Source: a virus (lineage: Duplodnaviria > Caudoviricetes). Taken from it: DNA of 25,903 nt. The stretch spans positions 1 to 25,903 of the IMG/VR virus record IMGVR_UViG_3300017720_000059. One strand, given 5' to 3'. Position numbers and translations under genes: made by a program. This document shows, piece after piece, positions 1 through 8,573 of this stretch; positions within the stretch are counted from its first letter, which is position 1; every line of letters begins with the position of its first letter. The notes beneath the pieces are model-generated. The model did not search any database and was not told the DNA's origin. It saw only the letters and a list, made by a program, of their open reading frames with translations.

Positions 1-22
1 GTGCTTTTACTGTTTTCTTCAT
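1..22 (-). CDS. 5' start of a basic protein (MKKTVKA...) running off the left edge
   Basis: ATG at 22-20 overlaps the TGA of the 19..147 ORF (ATGA coupling); frame open to the window edge. Confidence 0.5.
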
Positions 23-147
23 ACTTTTTTCTTTCTTTTTTTCTTAAGCATAGCAAAGTCTGCACCAGTTATTTTATCAAATGGTGCTGCCATTCTTGCT
101 ATCTTCATTTGTTTTTTACTATACTTTTTATTTTTACCTTTTGGCAT
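19..147 (-). CDS. 42-aa basic micro-protein MPKGKNKKYSKKQMKIARMAAPFDKITGADFAMLKKKRKKKV (not in ORF track)
   Basis: Translated by hand; AAAGGAGA-TAAT-ATG ribosome binding site; stop coupled to the next ATG. Confidence 0.8.
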   Translation of the reverse strand: MPKGKNKKYSKKQMKIARMAAPFDKITGADFAMLKKKRKKKV

Positions 148-178
148 ATTATCTCCTTTGTTATTCCCTCCAACAACC

Positions 179-197
179 CAGCTTAATCAGTAAGCTA
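179..197 (-). other. Short intergenic stem-loop UAGCUUA-CUGAU-UAAGCUG
   Basis: Inverted repeat agctta (180-185) / taagct (191-196) plus a closing U-G pair; no U-tract. Confidence 0.35.
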
Positions 198-200
198 CAC

Positions 201-266
201 CTAATATTTCTTCTTCTTTTTGTTTTTTTTCTTTTTATTTTTCTTCTTCATTTTTTTATTGTACAT
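201..266 (-). CDS. 21-aa poly-lysine micro-protein MYNKKMKKKNKKKKNKKKKKY (not in ORF track)
   Basis: AAAGGAGA-AAAT-ATG RBS; mixed AAA/AAG codons; TAG at 203-201; 14 of 21 residues are Lys. Confidence 0.7.
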   Translation of the reverse strand: MYNKKMKKKNKKKKNKKKKKY

Positions 267-281
267 ATTTTCTCCTTTATA

Positions 282-521
282 TTACCAGTTTTTACAGCTC
301 CAGTACCTAGCACTGAACTTATCTTTAGCAGTAGCACATCTATGTCTAGCTCTAAAGCTTTTTCTTCTTGCAGGGATATTCTTTTTTATAGTCATATTAG
401 CATCCCCAAACCTAATAATCTTTTCTTTACCACCTTTACAAGCTTTAACAACAAACTTTTTTCCTCCAGATATTTGTCTTTTGGGTTTGTTGCATTTCAT
501 CTTTGACTTGTCTATCGCCAT
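282..521 (-). CDS. 79-aa basic phage protein (RFGD...RRKSFRARHRC...ARYWSCKNW type)
   Basis: Overlaps the endolysin stop by 10 nt; K/R-rich; motif recalled from marine phage hypothetical proteins. Confidence 0.8.
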   Translation of the reverse strand: MAIDKSKMKCNKPKRQISGGKKFVVKACKGGKEKIIRFGDANMTIKKNIPARRKSFRARHRCATAKDKFSARYWSCKNW

Positions 522-967
522 TCAATATATCCTTCACCTTTATTTTTTATCAAAGATTGCTTTCTGTTTCCAGATTTTTTGTAAGACACATGAATCCATC
601 CAGAATCAGGAACACCAGAAATATAGTATTCACTTATGAGTTGATCAAAGTCAAAGTTGTTTTTTATGTGTGCCGCAACTTCTCTATTGTCAAAACCTGC
701 TATTTCAAAGTCACAAGCTTCTCCTTTGCAATGTTGAGATTGCCTTGAAGATTTGATCGCTTCTGAGAGTTCTGGGCTACGGAATCCAGATGTTATTGTT
801 ATGGGTCTGGACTCATAATATTCTCTTAATGGTTCCAATATGTTCTCACATATCGCCTTAAGGTTTTCTATCTGTTCTTCATTGGGGGTGTTATCTATCC
901 CCATTCTTGATGCTGTTGATGATTTAGTCATTTCTTCAAGACTAAAGTGTTTTGATAATTGTGTCAT
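512..967 (-). CDS. Endolysin, Peptidase M15A family Zn peptidase
   Basis: LSKHFSLEE N-terminus, ITSGFRS, SQH-x2-GEACD and WIHVSY motifs typical of Peptidase_M15_3; near a holin-like gene. Confidence 0.9.
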   Translation of the reverse strand: MTQLSKHFSLEEMTKSSTASRMGIDNTPNEEQIENLKAICENILEPLREYYESRPITITSGFRSPELSEAIKSSRQSQHCKGEACDFEIAGFDNREVAAHIKNNFDFDQLISEYYISGVPDSGWIHVSYKKSGNRKQSLIKNKGEGYIEWR

Positions 968-1188
968 GCCATTCTCCTATCTGGGTTATTATCATAATAA
1001 CATTTAAATTTTATTACGATTTCGTTTTTATTGATTTCTTCTCTACCTATTTCTTCTGTTTTATCTTTAGCTTCTTCATATCCTGCTATCAAACAATCAT
1101 AGAAAGTATCATGGTAATTAAGAAGGTGTGGTTTCATACATTCTCCAGCAATTTGACTACACATAATCATAATTAAAGCTACCTTCAT
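964..1188 (-). CDS. 74-aa protein with hydrophobic N-terminus and 4 Cys, probably exported or membrane-anchored
   Basis: MKVALIMIMC N-terminus; ATGA-coupled on both sides. Confidence 0.8.
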   Translation of the reverse strand: MKVALIMIMCSQIAGECMKPHLLNYHDTFYDCLIAGYEEAKDKTEEIGREEINKNEIVIKFKCYYDNNPDRRMA

Positions 1189-1424
1189 GGATGTTCCAGT
1201 AATTGTTTATTTGTTTGTTTCATATCTTTTAATTTATTTTCTAGTTCTTTAATCTTTTTATTTGCTTGTTCTAAATCTTCATTTGCATTTTCTAGCTTTT
1301 GTAAACATCTTTTGTTAGCTGAATCTTTAGTCTTACAAGCATCTTGTAAGTCAGCATTTTCTTCTCTAAGAAGTCTAACTTGATCTTTATACTCAACTAT
1401 TATCTCTTTACTTGTGTCAGACAT
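1185..1424 (-). CDS. 79-aa coiled-coil protein
   Basis: Heptad pattern (LREENADLQ, LENANEDLEQANKKIKELENKL); coupled to the downstream gene. Confidence 0.8.
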   Translation of the reverse strand: MSDTSKEIIVEYKDQVRLLREENADLQDACKTKDSANKRCLQKLENANEDLEQANKKIKELENKLKDMKQTNKQLLEHP

Positions 1425-1433
1425 AAGCTTTGA

Positions 1434-1490
1434 TTATTCAGATATTCCCATTATCCATAGCATAATAAAAATATAACAGATAACCTCCAT
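1434..1490 (-). CDS. 18-aa hydrophobic micro-peptide MEVICYIFIMLWIMGISE (not in ORF track)
   Basis: ATG overlaps the holin TAA (TAATG); fills the gap; in frame with 1185..1424. Confidence 0.5.
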   Translation of the reverse strand: MEVICYIFIMLWIMGISE

Positions 1491-1879
1491 TATTTTTTCT
1501 TAAATGTAGAAACACCTTTTATACCAAGTATTGTACTAAAAGCTCCAACGACAAGAGCTTGATAAAACATTGGTAAGTTAGAAAATTTATCAAAGAAAAT
1601 ATCTATCTTTGCCTGTATGTCAGGGTCGTCACTAAATACAGACCAAGCCAAAAGTAGTAGAGGGATTGATATAAGGATAAGGCAAAATTCATCTTTAAGA
1701 TCTCCTCTATGAGAATCAATAACTGCTTTTTTATATTCAACTTCACCATTAGCCATTTTCTCAGCTAACTTTAATTCAGCAACTGACTCTAATTCTTTTG
1801 TTTTTCTTCTGTTGGCAGCAATAGACATACCTGTCTTGATGATGCCTGGTACTAATTTAGCTGCAATATTCATCCACAT
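1490..1879 (-). CDS. Putative holin (resembles GTA-type 3TM holins)
   Basis: Amphipathic N-terminus, short coil, LKDEF then TM (CLILISIPLLLLAWSVF), second TM (MFYQALVVGAFSTILGI), basic tail KKK; upstream of the endolysin. Confidence 0.7.
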   Translation of the reverse strand: MWMNIAAKLVPGIIKTGMSIAANRRKTKELESVAELKLAEKMANGEVEYKKAVIDSHRGDLKDEFCLILISIPLLLLAWSVFSDDPDIQAKIDIFFDKFSNLPMFYQALVVGAFSTILGIKGVSTFKKK

Positions 1880-1881
1880 AA

Positions 1882-2049
1882 TTACTTATAAAAGTCTTTG
1901 AACAACCAGTCCATATATTTTTTCCACAATTTTTTAAGGTATTTCATAGGTTTCTCCTTGTTAGGTGCATGAATAACAGCAGTTTTTAACAGTGTTTGAT
2001 TCATGGGTGGGTTGGGTTGTGAAGGTGATGGTCTAAATCCTGTGTTCAT
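1882..2049 (-). CDS. 55-aa ORF with an in-frame internal start at 1947 giving the 21-aa peptide MKYLKKLWKKYMDWLFKDFYK (not in ORF track)
   Basis: ATG at 2049 is coupled to the upstream TGA; internal ATG at 1947 has AAGGAGA-AACCT; TAA ends 2 nt before the holin ATG. Confidence 0.6.
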   Translation of the reverse strand: MNTGFRPSPSQPNPPMNQTLLKTAVIHAPNKEKPMKYLKKLWKKYMDWLFKDFYK

Positions 2050-2150
2050 TTTTTACCTCTTTTTTTGTAAAGTAAATGAACTCTTTTGTGCCAACACCAA
2101 GAGCTTATTCTTGAACTAATTTTTTCTATAATTCTGTATATAAAATCCAT
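2046..2150 (-). CDS. 34-aa amphipathic basic peptide MDFIYRIIEKISSRISSWCWHKRVHLLYKKRGKK (not in ORF track)
   Basis: Starts 2 nt after the previous stop (TAATAATG); ends in an ATGA overlap. Confidence 0.65.
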   Translation of the reverse strand: MDFIYRIIEKISSRISSWCWHKRVHLLYKKRGKK

Positions 2151-2152
2151 TA

Positions 2153-2353
2153 TTAATCCTTTGCAATTCTAATTATTTTGCCATCTTTTACTTCTGCATT
2201 TACTCTACTACAGATATAGCTTACTCTTGCACCACTATTTCTAGTTGCAATTCTTTTTTTTTCTAAGCATTTACTTATAGTTGGCATAAGTGTGTGTTCT
2301 TTAAGAACAGCAGGTTCACCTAAAAACATTAACAAAGCAATTACTTTAGTCAT
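2153..2353 (-). CDS. 66-aa protein with hydrophobic N-terminus and a Cys pair
   Basis: VIALLMFL start; ATGA-coupled. Confidence 0.8.
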   Translation of the reverse strand: MTKVIALLMFLGEPAVLKEHTLMPTISKCLEKKRIATRNSGARVSYICSRVNAEVKDGKIIRIAKD

Positions 2354-2514
2354 AAAACTTTACCTTTGTTTCTTCCTTCTTTAACTACATATTTTTGTGT
2401 GCCATTTGCACCTATATCAACTTCTTGTCTTAACATCTTAAACATATTCATTTGTTTAACATCTTCCCATCTTTGTTGAGTATATTTAATTACTTTTTTT
2501 TGTATTCTATTCAT
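2350..2514 (-). CDS. 54-aa basic protein MNRIQKKVIKYTQQRWEDVKQ...YVVKEGRNKGKVL (not in ORF track)
   Basis: Fills the gap exactly, with TAATG at the start and ATGA at the end. Confidence 0.8.
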   Translation of the reverse strand: MNRIQKKVIKYTQQRWEDVKQMNMFKMLRQEVDIGANGTQKYVVKEGRNKGKVL

Positions 2515-2846
2515 TAGTGATTACCATTTATTTTCTTTTGCAACATATCTACTTGTTCTTTTATGTGATCTATGTTTACTTTGTTATATCTACTAGCTTC
2601 TATTTCTTTTTCTATGCTTTCTATTTGAGTAGCAAGGTGTTCAATAAGCATATACATTTCTAAATTTTTAGGTTCTTGCTCTGCTTTTTTTAGAAGATCA
2701 GCTTGAAATAATGTGTCTGCTGTTTCTAATTTATTTAATCTTTCCTCAACACCAAAATAAGCCCAAACACCAAGAGCTACTGCACCTATGATTGCTACTA
2801 AATTTCTTATAGGTAAAGATATATTTGTGTTATCGTTAATCTTCAT
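2514..2846 (-). CDS. 110-aa single-TM plus coiled-coil membrane protein (i-spanin-like topology)
   Basis: TM LVAIIGAVALGVWAYFGV followed by heptad repeats. Confidence 0.75.
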   Translation of the reverse strand: MKINDNTNISLPIRNLVAIIGAVALGVWAYFGVEERLNKLETADTLFQADLLKKAEQEPKNLEMYMLIEHLATQIESIEKEIEASRYNKVNIDHIKEQVDMLQKKINGNH

Positions 2847-3198
2847 AATCTACCATCAAAAGTCTTATGCCTAATTTCTTTTGTTCCTTTGTTGTTGTTC
2901 TATGTATTTTATAAGAACCTTTAGGTTTGTTTTTTAATATTTTACCTTTAGCTCTTTTACGATATGTAATTGTCTTAATATCTAAAAGCTGTATTTTACC
3001 ATTTTTATCTACAATCACAATATCAAAAGGACAAGCAGGATCGCAACTTTTTGCTACATAATAACCAGCTTTAGTAAGCTTTGCTATAGCATCATATTCG
3101 CCAACAGTTCCTTTGATTGATGATTTCTTGCCTTTTAAGACAGAAGATTTACGACTAAGTTTATTAGACCACTTAGACTTATTGTTACAGCTACCCAT
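2836..3198 (-). CDS. PD-(D/E)XK superfamily endonuclease (resolvase-like); start uncertain
   Basis: G-x2-GE helix, PFDIVIVD strand and LLDIKT motif. Confidence 0.75.
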   Translation of the reverse strand: MGSCNNKSKWSNKLSRKSSVLKGKKSSIKGTVGEYDAIAKLTKAGYYVAKSCDPACPFDIVIVDKNGKIQLLDIKTITYRKRAKGKILKNKPKGSYKIHRTTTKEQKKLGIRLLMVDYED

Positions 3199-3341
3199 AG
3201 AAGTTTATAAATTGTACCTACTTTTGAATCAAGGTGTGCAAGATGATTGTCTCTAATATTAGTTATTTTTTCATGGATAACTTTTAACTCACCTTGAATT
3301 TTAATTATTTCTTCTGAATTTTTTTGTGATTGTGATTTCAT
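3135..3341 (-). CDS. 68-aa coiled-coil plus C-terminal TM protein (XhlA-like architecture)
   Basis: Heptads, then IRDNHLAHL, then hydrophobic LLWVAVTISLSGLINLVV; starts 1 nt after the large gene. Confidence 0.75.
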   Translation of the reverse strand: MKSQSQKNSEEIIKIQGELKVIHEKITNIRDNHLAHLDSKVGTIYKLLWVAVTISLSGLINLVVNLLS

Positions 3342-3342
3342 A

Positions 3343-6300
3343 TTATTTTTGAAACTCTTTGATTAAAGTATTTAAATAATCTTTACCAATAGCATCATGT
3401 ATTACTCTTAGCTGATCTTTTGGTATTTTAGTAAAATTATATTCCATTAAATATGGAACTAAACTTGCATCAGATTGTAATTCTTCCATAGTTTCTTTTC
3501 TAGCATCTTTTAAATATGTTTTAATTGTAACTCTTTTTAATGGAATACTTAAATTTTGATAAGCAGGACTATCAATAATAGCTGATAAACCAAAATGTAT
3601 TTTAGGAGCAAAAACATTCTTATATGCTCTATCTAAAACAGGCACTCCTGTACTTCTAAATATTTCATTATACCTTATATTAAGTTTGTCAAATTCTATT
3701 TCAGCAGAATTTTTAGGTTGTCTTATAGTTATCCCTGTTAATTCTGTAACTATAGGAGCAGTAATTTCTTTTCCAAAAACTTCAACACCTTCACCTTTTA
3801 AAGGTCTTGCTTCATATTTAATTCCATCTTTTGACAAAACAGCATGAGTAGCTGATGTTCTGTCAGGAAGTTCTCCAGGATTAAATATAGATTTAAAATT
3901 TCTAACTATAGAAACAGATGGGTCAATTCTTGCATTATCTAAAGTTGAAGTCTTTGTATCTTTAGCAGCTTGTATATTACCATCTGCTGCATCTAAAAAT
4001 CCCATGTAAGTTTTAAATGGTGTAAAGTATTGTGAAGATATTAAACCAACTAATTCATTAACGAATTTATATCCTTTATTACTATCTGCTGTTGCTAGAG
4101 ATTCTAATAATTGATCTATGCTATATAAACCTGTACCACCTCTTGTTCCTAAGAATACTTTTGCAAAATCTTTAGTTGTTCCTGTAATTGTTCCCAGTCT
4201 TCCATCTTGCCATCTGTCTATAAAATCTGCTACAAATAAATAAGCAGCTAATGGGTTATAAGGATAAATGTCTATAGTTTTATCACCAACTTTTAATTCG
4301 TTCCATTTATCACCAGCAATTTTAGAATCTCTTATTTGCATAGCTGTTCCAAATAAACCCCAACCAACTAATGATTTAACCATTCCTGATGTTTCCCCAT
4401 CTTTTAATTTTTTGAAAAAACTTTTTGTAAAAGTACCATCTGCACTAAAAGATATTGCAGCTAATGGTAAATCAGCAGCAGCTCTTACTCCACCAGCAAT
4501 AGTAGGTAAAGGTGAATAGTCGTATAAAAATTTTAATGAGTTAACTAAAAATCTTGGAAATGGAATAACTAAAGAAACAGTAAATGGAATTTTATTTGCA
4601 AATTCTACAAATGCTTTACCTATACCTTTTGCAGGATCACCTGCATAAGTTAGTTCTAAAGAATGATCTATAGCAGCAGCAATGTCTTTCTTTCTTAATC
4701 TATTAATTAGATTTGGATTGTTAATAATTTCATTTAAATTTTTACCACCATAAACAGCTTTGTTATTTCTAACAATAGCATCTAATGAAGATGTAAATAC
4801 AGCCCTTCTTGTAATAAATTCTTGAAATCTGTTTAAAAAATTTAAAAGATTTGCTCCCTTTTCTGCAAGATTTAAAGGAGAATATTTTTTTAATTTCTCA
4901 ATACTTCTTGCTCCAGTATTAATAACATCTGAACTGTATCTTAAAAATAAACGATCTTGTTCTTTAGGCATAGATGCTAATATTTTTTCAACATCTTTTT
5001 TAACTTGTTTAAATCTTGAAGGATTTATCTGTCTAAATATATTTAAAAAACCTTGCATAGCAGTAACAGGATTTGCTGCTCTTGTTAAAGTTTTACCACT
5101 TAATTTTTGCCATAATGTATCTGCTCCATATTGAAAACCTTGATATAAAACATCAATACCAACTCTACCAACTTGTGAAATAAAGTTTCTCATGGCAGTT
5201 GACCATCTACCAACCATCATAGCTTTACGAACACCATCTAATCTTTTACCCACATTAGCAAGTAAATCATTTGTGTCTATGCCTTGTGCATTTAATTCAT
5301 CAACTAATTTCTGACTAACCTTTCCATCTTTAAGAAATTTACCATAAGCTTTTGAAAGTTGTGATAGTCTATTTAAATTTTGAGCAGATGTTCTTGCACC
5401 TGATCTAAAAAAATTCATTAGTTCTTCTGCTGTTAATTTATGTTTTTTTAATAATTGATTAAAATTTGTTTCTTGTATTAATCTAGGTGTTGTCATTACA
5501 TCATAGATTTGATCGCTAATTCTAATATTGGGATTTCTTTTTACCTTTCCTCCTTTTAATACATCTTCAAAAAAACCTTCTACTTTTTTTGCTGTTTTTT
5601 GACTTATAATTTTTTCTGAAACATCATCTAATCTATCAAAAGTATTTAAATCAATATCACCCTCTAATGATTTTGGTTTAATTGTAGTTGCTTGTTCAAC
5701 TTCATTTGCTAATTGTTTTCTTTTATCGTTAAAATTTTTTACAGCTTCATCATTTTTTTCTATTTTTGTACTTTTAAAATTATTTTTTTTACCTCTTGCA
5801 AGAAAACCAAACAATCCATCAAGGGGTAAAGCTATAAGACCACCTTCTATAGCCATTTTAAATCTAGCTTTATCTTCTGAGTCTTGATCTGATGCTTGTA
5901 AATATTCTGTTACTGGATTTGCTAATGTAGGAAAACTTTGAACTAGATTTGATATTCTAGTTTCATAAGGTGAAAACGCAAATTGAGCTGCTAATTCTCC
6001 AACTAATGTATTCTTTGCAACAAATTGAGTTACCTTTCCTGCTGTTGAAGTTGCTCTTGGTATTTTAGTAATTAAATTTAAACCTGTAGCTACTTTACTA
6101 AAACCTAAGAAAGGTATTGCAAATCCAGAAATATCTCTTGAAAATGATCCACCAAAATAAGTTGGTTCTGCTATCTTAGTAAATTTAACATTTTCTAAAG
6201 GTCTTTCATCAAAAAATTTTTCACCTAAATAATTTGTAAAATCTACTGTACCTTGAGCTGTATCTCTAATAGCACCAACATAAGTTCTTTTTAATAAATT

Positions 6301-6674
6301 TTCGCTAAAGTTTTCCCAACTATAATAACCATGTGTTTCAATAATTTCCTCTGCATCCACTGGTCTTTTACCATCTAATACAGAACCCTCCATAGATTTG
6401 ATTCTTAAATTTAATTCTTCAATACTTCCTTTGGGTGGTAATTTTTTTTCAGCTTGTTTGTTGTTTTCTTTTATTGTTTCAACAACATCTTTATCTGCAT
6501 CTTTTGCTAAAAGTTCTAATGGTGAAATTTTTATACCTAAATCTTTAGCAGGAACAAAATCTTCTTCTTTTGATTCTTCCTCTAGTATTTCTTTTAATTC
6601 TTGATTTTCAGTTTCTTGATTGATTTGATTTTTTTTTGTTCTTCAAGTTTTTTGTTTAGTTCTGCTAAGGACAT
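3343..6674 (-). CDS. Large internal virion / DNA-ejection protein (~1110 aa if joined), interrupted by a frameshift at the A9 run 6629-6637
   Basis: Track ORF 3343..6393 has no RBS; its frame is open upstream to 6642 with no ATG; ATG at 6674 has an AAGGAA RBS and joins by a -1 shift; last and largest gene of the ejection block. Confidence 0.75.
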
Positions 6675-6687
6675 GATAATTCCTTAT

Positions 6688-7434
6688 TTATTTTTTACCA
6701 TATGGTGCAATTTTTTCACCATCAAACACAACAAGTTGACCATTATAATTATAAATTATACCTTGTTGCAATTTACTTAAATTAGGTGCATCTCCAGACA
6801 TTGGAAGTTTTGGTGAATTTTCAAGAAGTTGGTCTGTTCGTTTTTGAATAAAATCATAAGTTGCTGCTGCACCACTTAAATTAGGTTTAACTTGTTTGTT
6901 ATATAAATCTTTATCTGCTTGATTTAAACCTTTAAACCATTTTTTAAAATCTGGTGCATTTCTACCTTGCTCATAAAGAGCATAAGCAGCTTTAGATAAA
7001 GATGCAGTTTCAGTTCTTTTCTTTAACATAGAAGCAATATAAGCTTCAGGATTAATTCTAAATATTTTTTTATCTGCTTCAGGAACTTGATCTTCGTATT
7101 CTTTTATTAATTCTCTTTTCTTTCTAACATCTCCTAATTTTGCAGCAGTTTCAGAAAACTTTAAACCTTGCATAACAGAATCACCAATAGCCATACCAGG
7201 TGTTTGTCCTCTTTGACCTGCACCAAATAATGAAGCACCAATACCTACAAATGGATTTGAAGCCATAGTATATAAACCTTGCGTATCAGGTTGTTCAAAT
7301 GTGTTTAATAATCCACCACCCATTTCTCCACCAAAACCAATAAGACCTTTTGTTCCTTCAGTTGTCATACCATCTGATGTTCCTGATGGTGATTGTCCGT
7401 ACATATATCTTCTGTATAAATCTATTAATGCCAT
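6688..7434 (-). CDS. Putative ejection / internal virion protein
   Basis: Gly-rich N-half with small-residue hydrophobic helix (NPFVGIGASLFGAG), helical C-half; synteny. Confidence 0.65.
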   Translation of the reverse strand: MALIDLYRRYMYGQSPSGTSDGMTTEGTKGLIGFGGEMGGGLLNTFEQPDTQGLYTMASNPFVGIGASLFGAGQRGQTPGMAIGDSVMQGLKFSETAAKLGDVRKKRELIKEYEDQVPEADKKIFRINPEAYIASMLKKRTETASLSKAAYALYEQGRNAPDFKKWFKGLNQADKDLYNKQVKPNLSGAAATYDFIQKRTDQLLENSPKLPMSGDAPNLSKLQQGIIYNYNGQLVVFDGEKIAPYGKK

Positions 7435-8453
7435 TATATTAATCCTTGTCTTCTTGCTTCTGTAAATATTCCATAAGATGGACTTACACTTGGAGCAGAT
7501 ACAGTTAAATTTATATTTTGTTTAGCTGCATCATATCTGTTTAATATATCAGACCCTGCTTGTCCAACATTACCAAAGAATGTTTGAAACACAGATGTTG
7601 GTAATGCTTCGCCACTAATCAATCCTGGTAATACTGGTATTGCTTGATTAATAGCATCACTATCTAATGTCTGACCTTTAAGATAATCTTCTGTTGTTAA
7701 AACTCCACCTGTCTGTGCATAGTCTGGTGATAATCTTCTACCATCATATCCTAAAGTTTTTAATGCTTGATCGTTTTTATAAGCATCTTGTGCTGATCTT
7801 ACCACAAGTCCTGTCAAAGAAAAACCTGATTTTGCAAATGTTTGTAAAGGTTGATCTCTAAATGTGTCAACATAAGTAGCTGCATCTGCGTCTATTTCGT
7901 CTGTATATTGATTATAAAAAGAATCTTTTTTTATATTATCTAATGTTGCTTCTAAATTTTCTTGAATATAAGATTTAGCTTCTGCATCAACATTGGGTTT
8001 ACCGCTATCGTACTTTGAATTTGCTATACCTTGAAGTTGATTGAGCATATCAACTTTAGCTTTATCTGATATAGTTGAGTCTAATAAATATCCTTTAATG
8101 TTTGCTGTATTGTATTCTTGACCAGTAACAACTCCTTGACCTCTAGTTTCAACACCTGTAAATTTACCTGTGCCTTGTTCAAAAGTTGGAACAGCAACAG
8201 CACTTACATTTTGATAAGCTTGTGTTTCGTAATCTTTTAAATTTTGAGTTTCTCTTGTTAAAGCAGCAGCATCAGATTCTCTTGAAGCCGCAGCACTTTC
8301 CATAATTTCATTATAAGCTTCTATGTCGCCACCAGCTCCACCTTCAGCTACAGAATAATCCATGATAGATTCTGTTGCTAGACCTGCTTCTACATCTGCT
8401 GTTGATCTATCTGAACTGCTAGAACCAGAATCAGAACCTGAACCTGAACTCAT
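7434..8453 (-). CDS. Putative ejection / internal virion protein, acidic with Ser/Gly-rich N-terminus
   Basis: AAGGAG RBS; A/Q/T/G-rich low-complexity composition; lies between ejection-like genes. Confidence 0.65.
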   Translation of the reverse strand: MSSGSGSDSGSSSSDRSTADVEAGLATESIMDYSVAEGGAGGDIEAYNEIMESAAASRESDAAALTRETQNLKDYETQAYQNVSAVAVPTFEQGTGKFTGVETRGQGVVTGQEYNTANIKGYLLDSTISDKAKVDMLNQLQGIANSKYDSGKPNVDAEAKSYIQENLEATLDNIKKDSFYNQYTDEIDADAATYVDTFRDQPLQTFAKSGFSLTGLVVRSAQDAYKNDQALKTLGYDGRRLSPDYAQTGGVLTTEDYLKGQTLDSDAINQAIPVLPGLISGEALPTSVFQTFFGNVGQAGSDILNRYDAAKQNINLTVSAPSVSPSYGIFTEARRQGLI

Positions 8454-8462
8454 GTTAGCTCC

Positions 8463-8573
8463 TTATAATATGATTGCTATGACAAAAAGAATGAATAATC
8501 CAATTAAAAACTTTGAAGGGTGTTTTTGGATATAGACATCAAAATCATAATAAATTTTTTGTAATTTTTTCAT
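8463..8573 (-). CDS. 36-aa tail-anchored membrane peptide MKKLQKIYYDFDVYIQKHPSKFLIGLFILFVIAIIL (not in ORF track)
   Basis: TAATG coupling with AGGAGG just upstream; C-terminal 15 residues are hydrophobic. Confidence 0.75.
   Translation of the reverse strand: MKKLQKIYYDFDVYIQKHPSKFLIGLFILFVIAIIL

Noticed and set aside
1-1176. Phe/Leu-rich plus-strand ORFs (1..186, 81..506, 220..639, 503..748, 952..1176)
   Set aside because: Complement of Lys-rich and other minus-strand genes that have clear RBS or coupling signals
1434-6674. Genome-wide stop-codon reassignment as the cause of the interrupted frames
   Set aside because: TAA, TAG and TGA all end well-defined genes here, and the 6.6-kb break is a frame change, not an in-frame stop
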